Part shown: one piece after another, positions 18,442 to 27,500 of the stretch
How positions within the stretch are numbered: position 1 is the stretch's first letter
How the letters are laid out: each line of letters opens with the position of its first letter
From: Anaerohalosphaeraceae bacterium
GTDB lineage: Bacteria > Planctomycetota > Phycisphaerae > Sedimentisphaerales > Anaerohalosphaeraceae
Direction of reading: 5' to 3'
Length of the DNA stretch: 64,000 nt
Assembly: GCA_963675525.2 (NCBI GenBank)
Contig: CAXXSL010000020.1
Coordinates: 96,001 to 160,000, forward strand
Program-made: the position numbers and the translations under genes
The notes under the pieces: generated by a model
The model's input: only the letters and a program-made list of their open reading frames with translations
Told to the model about the DNA's origin: nothing
Database searches by the model: none

Positions 18442-19713
18442 ATGAAACGAATAGGATTACTGATATTTTTAGGTTGCTGGATTAGCGTATGGGCCGCGGA
18501 AGGAATCGTCGGCTTTCCTGAATCGTCGATTGAACCTAATGATGCGGTTGCTGAAACAAAAACAGAAGAACCCAACGTTATTGAACTGGTGCCGATTGAA
18601 CCCATTGATGTGATTGAACTGACTGCCGCCTGTGATATTTTACGGCCGAAGTACCACCTCCTGCCATTGAAAACCGAATTGATCGCCGGTGAATCCCTGC
18701 CGATTTATTTGAACGTATTTCACAAAGACCCGAACCATCCGGAATCAGAACCCGATTTTGACCTTGTCGAACAACTGCTTAAACAGAACACCGAAGCAAA
18801 TGACATCAAGGCGATGGGACACCTTTTAGAAAAACACACCGCTAAACTGAATCTGCTCCGAAAGGCGAATTTGTGTAAAGCGGTTGAATGGCCTGTAACC
18901 CATTATGAGCCGAAATCAACTTACCATCATATGGATATGATGATGCCGGGAACGGGTAATTTCGACTCGCCTGAATTGCCGGACAGGCCTGAAGAAGAAT
19001 ACGAACCGGTCATATTCACCCCATCGGAGTATCTGGACTTTCTTGAGAATATTCAGCAATATGGAAAGCTGGTTGCCCTAAAAGCCCGTTATCATATTCT
19101 TAAACATGACTATGATGAGGCTTTAATATGGCTCAGAACGGGACTGGCTATCAGCCGGCAGATGGTTCAGAATTCAAATGCCCAATTGGGTGTGATGGCC
19201 GCGGCGAATGCCGCTGTCAGCTTGCAGCAAATTGAGCTTTGGACACAAACACCCAACTCCCCCGGCCTGTATCGCTCATTGCAGGATTTGCCGTTGCCAT
19301 TCTTGAATGCTTATTCACTTCCGACACTGGTTGAGAAAGAACTAAAACAGAAAATGCCAAGATTCGGAATGCCCTACTATTATGAAGAAACAGTTAAAAA
19401 GGAAAATAGTTTGATTCCTTATTATTCAAGCGAATTACCGCGTAACGCGTCCAATCGGATCGACCGTTTTATCGCGATCCTGGAATGTCTGGAAGGATTG
19501 CGGTACTATGCGGCACTGTATGATGGAAAACTTCCCAACAGCCTTGGCGAAGTGACGGAAATCCGGCTGCCGAATGACCCCATTACGAAAGGGTCATTTC
19601 TTTATCATAAAGAATCCGATGCGGCAATTCTGCAAGCGCTAGACACACGTAACAATGTATCACTGTCCGGTTTTTGCTATACGATTCGTATGAGACCTAA
19701 TTTGAAGGATTAA
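18442..19713 (+). CDS. Secreted hypothetical protein
   Basis: Signal peptide (VWA), helical body, C-terminal GKLP..L..P.DPIT..F.Y resembling pseudopilin heads. Confidence 0.65.
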   Translation: MKRIGLLIFLGCWISVWAAEGIVGFPESSIEPNDAVAETKTEEPNVIELVPIEPIDVIELTAACDILRPKYHLLPLKTELIAGESLPIYLNVFHKDPNHPESEPDFDLVEQLLKQNTEANDIKAMGHLLEKHTAKLNLLRKANLCKAVEWPVTHYEPKSTYHHMDMMMPGTGNFDSPELPDRPEEEYEPVIFTPSEYLDFLENIQQYGKLVALKARYHILKHDYDEALIWLRTGLAISRQMVQNSNAQLGVMAAANAAVSLQQIELWTQTPNSPGLYRSLQDLPLPFLNAYSLPTLVEKELKQKMPRFGMPYYYEETVKKENSLIPYYSSELPRNASNRIDRFIAILECLEGLRYYAALYDGKLPNSLGEVTEIRLPNDPITKGSFLYHKESDAAILQALDTRNNVSLSGFCYTIRMRPNLKD

Positions 19714-19716
19714 ACG

Positions 19717-20916
19717 ATGGCATTATTTGAATATCGATCATGCACCCAGGCCGGGCGACTGATGACCGGGACCCTTGAGGCGGCGGATGTTGATCAGGCC
19801 CGCGCCTCACTGGACGAACTCGGTCTGCAGGTTACCGAACTGGAACAGGCCAAGGCCCCACCGAGTCCCCAATCCGTCGGGCAGAATGAATTCCTGATGT
19901 TCAATGAACAGCTTGCTTCGTTGACCAAGGCGGGGATTCCGCTGGAGCGAGGACTGCGCGAACTGGCCGCCGATGCCGGTTCGGCAAAAATGAAATCGCT
20001 GATCACCGGCATCGTTACTGATCTCGAGCAAGGCATTCCGATCGATCAAGCTGTCGAGAAACGTCAAAAGCACTTTCCGCCATTATACGGCCTGATCCTG
20101 AAGTCCGGCATTGAAACAGGCCGCCTGAGCGAGATGCTGGCCAGCCTGAACCGGCATCTGCAAATTGAGCAGCGGACCAAACGGATCGTCATGGAGGCCC
20201 TTTGTTATCCCATGGTCGTTTTATGCCTTGCGGCTGTGATCATTACAGGCGTCTTTGTATTCATCATCCCGAGTTTCGCAGAAGTTCTAAGTGACATGTC
20301 AGACGGCCGGGCAGGATTGCCTTTTTTGACACAGACGGTTTTAGATATGGCCGGACATGTTGGGACTTTCTGGGCGGTTACAGGCATTATTATTGCCTCG
20401 CTCGTTTTTTTCTGGGTGTCGCTTTCGGCCTCACCGGCAGGCAGACGATTTAAGGAATCCATATTGATGCATCTTCCCCTGATCGGGCGAGTTTATAAAA
20501 ACGGTCTGTTAGCGCGTTTGGCCGAAGCGATGGCCGTCCTGATCAATGCAGGCTGCACCATGGATGCGGCTGTTGAACTCTCCGGCCAATCCTCCAGCAG
20601 TGAAATACTTAAAAGAGACTGTTCGATCATCGCTGAACAACTGAGACAGGGTTTTAATATCCTCGAAGCAGGCATGAATTGCTCAGCCATCCCCCGCTTG
20701 TTCCTGTATTCCATTCAGCTTGGTTCACAGCGAAATGAATTAAAAAACAATCTCAACGGACTGGGGCAAATGTACACTGCCAAAACCTATTCACTCCAAT
20801 CGCAGTTACAGGCCGTTTTGTTGCCGATACTGATTATTGGCGTCGGCGGTACGATCGCCGTTATCGTAATGGCCATGTTCCTGCCAATGGTCAGAATGAT
20901 TGAGGTAATGATGTAA
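19717..20916 (+). CDS. GspF/PilC-family platform protein
   Basis: F.Y..G.LEA N-terminus, QLASLTKAGIPL, GIETGRL, YP, AMFLPM. Confidence 0.92.
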   Translation: MALFEYRSCTQAGRLMTGTLEAADVDQARASLDELGLQVTELEQAKAPPSPQSVGQNEFLMFNEQLASLTKAGIPLERGLRELAADAGSAKMKSLITGIVTDLEQGIPIDQAVEKRQKHFPPLYGLILKSGIETGRLSEMLASLNRHLQIEQRTKRIVMEALCYPMVVLCLAAVIITGVFVFIIPSFAEVLSDMSDGRAGLPFLTQTVLDMAGHVGTFWAVTGIIIASLVFFWVSLSASPAGRRFKESILMHLPLIGRVYKNGLLARLAEAMAVLINAGCTMDAAVELSGQSSSSEILKRDCSIIAEQLRQGFNILEAGMNCSAIPRLFLYSIQLGSQRNELKNNLNGLGQMYTAKTYSLQSQLQAVLLPILIIGVGGTIAVIVMAMFLPMVRMIEVMM

Positions 20917-22361
20917 TGGATTGGCTATTATATATTACTATTCCAGTCGTTTTTGTGGGATTTAATGTGTTTGCCTGGAAAAAACCCGGCTGGGGTCTTG
21001 TGTTGCTGCCGTTTGCGATCGGCGTAATAGTCATGGTCGGGTTGATTGAGCCTGTATATGAGATCATCATCATTATGGGTGCCTTTCTGTTTCCTGTTAC
21101 CCTCGGCATTGTTCGCTGGGCACCATCTTCCAGCTCGCTTGAAATGCCCTGGCATAAAACTGTTGCGAAAACCGTTATTATATTCTTCCAGTATTTGTTC
21201 CTGCTGGTTATTCTGTGCTATCTTCTGAATGTCTTTGGCGGTATTTTATTTTTACTTCTGATCGTCGGTATCCTGCGCTTCTTTCAAATCCGAAAATACT
21301 CGCTTACAATGGATGTCCTGTCAGCTATCGGCATGAGCATGCGTCAATCACTGCCGCTGCCAACGGCACTGATCACGGCATCGCATGGACAAAAGCGTAA
21401 AGAAGCACAAATCTTCGAATCCATCGCACATTGGCTGACACAGGGTTATCCGTTATCAGAAGCGATGGCTCGAGGATATCGAAAATGCCCTTCCGATCTG
21501 CTTGCCTCAATTAGCGTCGCGGAAAAAATGAACCAACTGCCGGAAGCGATAAAAACCCTGCATGCGGACCTTTCCGAAAAAGTCAACGATCTGAAGCAAA
21601 TCCAACCGGTTCAGCCGTGGTATCCGTTCGTGGTTCTGTTTCTCGCATTCAATGTCGTTCTGGGGCTTATGTATTTTATCGTTCCTGTGTACGCTGAGGT
21701 CCTCAGTGATATGTCAGACGGCCGGTCCGGTCTGCCGGCAGCAACGCAGGTGCTGTTAAATATGTCGATGTGGCTAAAAGGCCGCCATGGACTTAATATC
21801 CTTCTTGTTCTTTTGCCGTTCACATGGATAGGCCTGCATTTGCTCTATGCCCGGTTTCGAAAACGAAATCCACAACAGCCCAGGTTGCTGTCGCAGCTCG
21901 GAGATTGGATCAAATGGCACTTACCGTTTTGGGGCTGGTTTGAAAAAGTTCGTTCTCAATTGCAGTTGACCGAAACACTCAAGATCGGTCTGAGTGCCGG
22001 TTATCCGGTCAACACCACGCTTCGTAACGCGATCAACCTCGATATGAATTATTGCTTCCAAAAGCGACTGCTCAAATGGCTTGAAAAGATCGAGCAGGGC
22101 CAGAACATCGCCGGGGCAGCATCCCGGTTCGGAGTTGGTAAAATGCTTGCCTGGGCACTGGATGAATCGGTCAATAAAGGCAATGCACCCGTACTTCTGC
22201 AAACTCTTGAGGAGGTTTATCGCGCCAGGTACAACTACCGATCAAAAATTTTGAATGCGGTATTCTGCCCGCTGATGGTGGTCGCTCTTGCCGCATGTGT
22301 GGGCTTTGTGGTTTATGCCATGTTTTTACCGATGGTTTTAATGATTCAGGTATTGCTGTAA
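20916..22361 (+). CDS. Second GspF/PilC-family protein with extra N-terminal TM helices
   Basis: GYPLSEAM, YP, GLPAATQ, AMFLPM; about 4-5 additional hydrophobic segments. Confidence 0.85.
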   Translation: MDWLLYITIPVVFVGFNVFAWKKPGWGLVLLPFAIGVIVMVGLIEPVYEIIIIMGAFLFPVTLGIVRWAPSSSSLEMPWHKTVAKTVIIFFQYLFLLVILCYLLNVFGGILFLLLIVGILRFFQIRKYSLTMDVLSAIGMSMRQSLPLPTALITASHGQKRKEAQIFESIAHWLTQGYPLSEAMARGYRKCPSDLLASISVAEKMNQLPEAIKTLHADLSEKVNDLKQIQPVQPWYPFVVLFLAFNVVLGLMYFIVPVYAEVLSDMSDGRSGLPAATQVLLNMSMWLKGRHGLNILLVLLPFTWIGLHLLYARFRKRNPQQPRLLSQLGDWIKWHLPFWGWFEKVRSQLQLTETLKIGLSAGYPVNTTLRNAINLDMNYCFQKRLLKWLEKIEQGQNIAGAASRFGVGKMLAWALDESVNKGNAPVLLQTLEEVYRARYNYRSKILNAVFCPLMVVALAACVGFVVYAMFLPMVLMIQVLL

Positions 22362-22376
22362 TCCGACAGGAAAACA

Positions 22377-22766
22377 ATGAAACAATCTCAACATAATAAA
22401 CGGTTTGGAATCTTGAGCATCGAGATGTTAGTGGCCGTCTCCGTGATGGCGGTTTTGATCGGCGTGCTTGCCGCTATCGGAAGCTCCTTCAAGAAACTCG
22501 ACAACCAACTCTGGCTTCAGCATACTTGCTCTGCAGCGGGCAAGTCGCAAATGGATGCTCTTGCGGCTACCGGTAAACCCATTAACGAAGAAACGTTCAG
22601 CAGGCTCTGGCCCAATGTCACCTGCTCAATCGAGATTACTGACGGTGTCGGCGACTGGCGGGGACTTCGTCAGATCATGCTGCACCTGACGGCGACATCA
22701 CACGGAAAAACAGTTGAGGCCACGATGGCACGTTACATTCCGGGCAATAAGGAATTACAAAGATGA
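22377..22766 (+). CDS. Minor pseudopilin (GspI-like)
   Basis: Class III signal KRFG|ILSIEMLVAV with Glu at +5. Confidence 0.75.
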   Translation: MKQSQHNKRFGILSIEMLVAVSVMAVLIGVLAAIGSSFKKLDNQLWLQHTCSAAGKSQMDALAATGKPINEETFSRLWPNVTCSIEITDGVGDWRGLRQIMLHLTATSHGKTVEATMARYIPGNKELQR

Positions 22767-23272
22767 ATCATAAACAACGCGCCTACACACTGCTGGAGAT
22801 GCTGGCAATCATCATGGCGATCGTCGTGCTGATGGCGTTATCTGTCAGACCCATGCGTGCAGTGATCTGTGATATTCCCCGCAGCATGAATGATTTCCAG
22901 GCATGGGAACAAATCGGCAATATACTCGATCAGTTACAAACTGACGTCAAACGGTCGGCTCGAATGAGGGTGTTCCCGATGGATTCGCGAATCAGCGGGA
23001 ATTTGCTCTATTTGGAGCAGACTGATGGTTTGGTTAGCTACACACTAACCAATAATCAGGTTGTCCGACAGTCTGACAGACCGGGAGACCGGGAGCAGGA
23101 TATCTGGGAGTTGCCCCATGTTCAGATTCAGTGGTCGCTTTGGGAAAACAACGATATTTCGTACGCACTGGAAATCACGACATGGAGTCAGCGGGAAATC
23201 CTCGGTCAAACTCAGGAAAAATTCAAACAGTCCTATGTTTTCTTTCAGCAGACAGGGAGTACAAATCCATGA
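22763..23272 (+). CDS. Minor pseudopilin (GspJ-like)
   Basis: QRA|YTLLEMLAII. Confidence 0.75.
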   Translation: MNHKQRAYTLLEMLAIIMAIVVLMALSVRPMRAVICDIPRSMNDFQAWEQIGNILDQLQTDVKRSARMRVFPMDSRISGNLLYLEQTDGLVSYTLTNNQVVRQSDRPGDREQDIWELPHVQIQWSLWENNDISYALEITTWSQREILGQTQEKFKQSYVFFQQTGSTNP

Positions 23273-24072
23273 AAAATAATAAACGCTATGACGGCTTTAC
23301 GATGATCGAACTGTTAACGGTTATTACGATTATTGCCCTGCTGATGTCGATCCTTCTGCCGGCACTGAATGCAACCCGGGAAGAAGCCTATAAAACCGTC
23401 TGCATAACCAACCTGGGACAATGGGGCTATCTGTTCACTCTCTATACCGAGGATCACAATGGGCGTTTTTTTGCAGGCGACTATCACTACACCGACCCAA
23501 ATGGGATTACGTATCAAAATCAAGATTCGGATTTGTGGTTTAATGCGATGCAGCCATACCATGAGGATTCCGGTCAGGCTATGAGCTTGAAATTCTGTCC
23601 GGTCACCAGATCCAAACCTGGCAAACGTTATATGTCACGGTCGGCTTGGCAAATGGGCTCAGAGTCCGGCAGCTATGGCCTTAATGCATGGGTCTGTGAC
23701 ACCCCGGCCGAGGTGCGTTTGACCCAAGGACACGACACACGCAATAGCTGGCGGAAGATGTTTATCGGCAGCCGGGGCAGCGTCCCGCTGATGGCCGATG
23801 CTCTGTGGTTCAGCGGTCGGCCGGAAAATAAAGACCTGCCGTCTGAACAGGAAAGGTACGAATATGATTGGGCGAACCAACATGAAAACGAGATGCAGCG
23901 GTTCTGTGCCGACCGGCATCGAGACCAACTCAATGTCCTGTTTCTTGACGGCAATGTTAAAACCATCAATCCAAAGGGATTATGGCAACTAAAATGGCAC
24001 AAAACCTATCAGACATTCGCCCCGCCGCCGGAATGGCCGGAATGGATGAGCCGTTTCGGAAACCCGAAATAG
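23269..24072 (+). CDS. Planctomycete-type prepilin (DUF1559 / H-X9-DG family)
   Basis: G|FTMIELLTVITIIALLMSILLPAL, C.TNL.Q, RHRDQLNVLFLDG. Start reassigned to 23269. Confidence 0.88.
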   Translation: MKNNKRYDGFTMIELLTVITIIALLMSILLPALNATREEAYKTVCITNLGQWGYLFTLYTEDHNGRFFAGDYHYTDPNGITYQNQDSDLWFNAMQPYHEDSGQAMSLKFCPVTRSKPGKRYMSRSAWQMGSESGSYGLNAWVCDTPAEVRLTQGHDTRNSWRKMFIGSRGSVPLMADALWFSGRPENKDLPSEQERYEYDWANQHENEMQRFCADRHRDQLNVLFLDGNVKTINPKGLWQLKWHKTYQTFAPPPEWPEWMSRFGNPK

Positions 24073-24105
24073 CCTCAGTTTATTCAAAATGGAAAGCGTA
24101 ATGCG

Positions 24106-24483
24106 ATGAAAAGAATAAAACGAAAAAACGGCTTTGTTTTGATGCTGGTTGTTACAATGATCCCGTTGGTCGGGATGGTGATTGCCATTATGACGTCCAA
24201 CTCTAAAGGTCTTTTGCATAGGACCCGCACGGGAACTTTACAGGTGCACGCTCAAAATGCCTGCCAAAGCGGCCTTGCCTGGGCTAAACAAAACCCCGGT
24301 CAAATCAAGTCCCTGACCCCGGAAAAACCGATCACGCTAAGCCTTCAGAACAATAATAGTCAGATTTATTGCCTCATTGAGCAAACCCCGGGCGAAACAG
24401 GCGAAAACGTATTTCAAGTCACGGGATATGCCAGGGACAAACGGTTTTCCGCCAAATATAGCCGTCCGCTCACAACATATTAA
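24106..24483 (+). CDS. Minor pseudopilin (GspK/PilX-like, no Glu+5)
   Basis: RKNG|FVLMLVV and AQNACQSGLAWA. Confidence 0.7.
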   Translation: MKRIKRKNGFVLMLVVTMIPLVGMVIAIMTSNSKGLLHRTRTGTLQVHAQNACQSGLAWAKQNPGQIKSLTPEKPITLSLQNNNSQIYCLIEQTPGETGENVFQVTGYARDKRFSAKYSRPLTTY

Positions 24484-24593
24484 AAAAAATACGACTTATT
24501 AAAGTCATTTGAGTTGAAAAAAAAATTGTCAAGGCTATAATAAACACCGTTATAGAATTGAACAATGACTAATTTCAATCTCAGGGATGACAG

Positions 24594-27500
24594 ATGAACA
24601 CATTAATCGTGTTCCGGTATAGCACCTCGGGTCAGATTCAGTATCTTTCTCCTGAAAAAACCCTGCAACTCCTCGAAAAAGATCAAAAGCTCATCCTTGA
24701 CACGGCCCTGGCCGAAGTCATCTCGCTCATCAAAGAGCAGTCACGGCCGTTTTACAAAGCGTTGGTCAATCGGCGTATCCAATTGCGAATCAGTGATTCT
24801 TTTAAGGGAACAGCGGCCCTGTTGCCGCACGACATCATTTTCAACGCGGCCCTGATTACCGCCGGGAGACGATTTATCATGCGTCGTCACCGGCTGATCG
24901 TCGGAGCCCTTGAGCGAGTTTTTTACCATCTGTGCCACCCCGAACTGCATATTACGCAGGTTCGCCTGCACAGTCTTCAGTTTTATCAGGACCACAAAAA
25001 AATATTGAGGGCAACGATCGATGAAATATCTGCCAATCCATCTGAATTTAATGAACCTGATTGGTTGGAATCTCTAAAACAAGTCGATTCCCTTCTTCTT
25101 CTGGACCGTTTCTGGACCTACCTTGGAAAAACGGCCTCGGCGCAAGCTGTCATGAAAGCAGCCGGCGGACCTAAATCGCGCACTCGCTCCCAAGTCAAAA
25201 AGGCACTGGAAAACTTCGCAAAGACAATTCAAAAAGAATTTAAAATAAAAGAAAAACGAATACTGAGTTTCCTGACCGGTTTCAAGTGGCTATACAGAAA
25301 TAATGACTGGGTCGTTCTGGTCTATAAACTTCCGGGCAATCTTCTAAAAGTGATCCGTCTGTGTGATCAGCAATGGCTGGACGCCATGTCCAATGAATCG
25401 GCATGCCATTCTGCTTTTTTTAATACCATTCGCACAGATATTTTTCATGATCACGGAAAATGGATTAGTGAATGGATCCTGCAGCTTCAGGTTTATGCGA
25501 AAGACCCCTCGCTTCAAACACTGCAGGAAATGCTTCTTTCCGATGATCTGCATAAGGTCCGCACGGCCGTTCAGCAACTGGTCAACAAGATCCGCAGAAA
25601 GGATAATCCCCGTCATTCACTTCGATTGCTCTACTCGGCCCTTTATTATCAGCATAACCCCGATAAAGGCATGTGCCGCTCGATTTGCCTGGAAGTTAGT
25701 ACGATTCTCGAAAATCTTCTGACGGAACGTCCTTTCACTTTTCCGCCAACTCGCATCAATCGTTCAGTTCTCCGGGCGAAACATGCTTTTGCCAGAATCA
25801 ATATTCGAAAACCCCGAAATATCAAAAAAGACAAATTCAAAGTCCGCATTCAGTGGTCGGCCAATGGGCGGCGAAAAAAACCGCTCATGATGACATCGGA
25901 AGGACCAATCGGCCCGGACGGCATCATGACATTTGTTGCTTTTTTCCCGCTGCGCGCCGGCTGGCTGCACTATTCCGTCCAGTTTTCGATTGATGACGGC
26001 CAATCATGGCAATGGGAAGAATTGGATCCCAATTCACACGGACTGTTGAAATACATTGCCGATGAGCGAGGCCAGCGCGTTCTCAGCTTCTATGCAGACA
26101 CCTTTAACCTCAAGCTCGATGAAAAATTTCAGCCGATCAAAGACGAGAATGGAATGTATGTTTACGGTACATTTGATGAAATCGCCGAACAGCTTAAGGA
26201 AATCCGCAACGAAGGCTATACACGCATTTATCCCCTGGGAGCATTGGAACTCGGCTGGGCCGGTGAAGCCGGACCGGACCCCTCTGTTTTCTCGGTGTGG
26301 GACGGCAAAACCGTTCGGCATGACCTGGGCGGAATCGAAGCACTTATCAGATTACGTCAAAAAGCTGATGAACTCGGCATGAAGATACTGCTTTGCGTCC
26401 TTTCTCATTTTTCACGGGCGAACGTGTCCTATCCCTACCGTATGCCGGTTTACATCGCCGATAAAAACGGTAAACTAACCTGCCGGGCCGGATGGGATGG
26501 CGAATGGAGTGAGTGGCTCGATAGTTTTATGGTGAACATGCGTGATTTTGAAAATGTCGATACTCTGGCACAGATCGGTGTCGAATTGGCAGGTCTGGGC
26601 TTTGGCCTGCGTATCGACGTGGGACACGGCTTTGACACCGTATTCCCGATTGCGCCGGATTTAAAAGGAACCCCGAGGCTCATGGGTGAGGTCACCATGA
26701 GCGGTTTTGAACCCGTTGATTTACGGGGGACCGATGAACCTAATATTTCATTGCTGCACATGTGCTACCAGATACAAAAGGCGGTTCCAAAGGCAACCGT
26801 TGTCTATTCGGAGCAATGGCACGGCAATGAAACACGAATGATCCGCTCCGGCACCATTCCCTATAACTCCCTGATTAAAAACATGGAGAACATTCGAAGC
26901 GGTCAGGATGTCAGTCAGGCACTGGGTCTCAACGACAATCTCGCTTATTTGAACCGGATCTATCGCGCCAACGGCGGACAAACGCTTTCCCTGTTCAACA
27001 GCCATGACGAGGAGTCACCTACCAGTAATTACCAGAACATGATCTGGCCGGTCGCAGCCTTTTTGGTATTGAGCAGCCAAGGACCGATCATGTATCATGT
27101 CAGCCGGCTGCCCGGTCCGGAAACCGGTTCCATGCCCCAGCGATTTGACGACGCCTATACCGAATGCTGGAAGCACTGGGTGAATAATCGATTCTCTCAC
27201 CCCTGGCACAAAGAAAACCAGACCCGCTGGCAAATACTGGCCAGCTATCCGATCCTTTACGGATTTGGAAAATACCTAAGATCCCTTTATCAGTTTGTTG
27301 ACCAAAATCCGGCATTTACCCGCGGCATCATCATTCCCATTAATACTGAGAATACCCGGATCGCTGGGTTTTTGCGAATCCATAAGGACCGAATGTATTT
27401 ATGCATTTTTAACTTTCCGAACGCCGACGCCGGAAATCAGCAGGCCGTTTCAAGGGAATTTAATTTCCTGTTGCGCAGTAACGACCCCGCATTGCCGATC

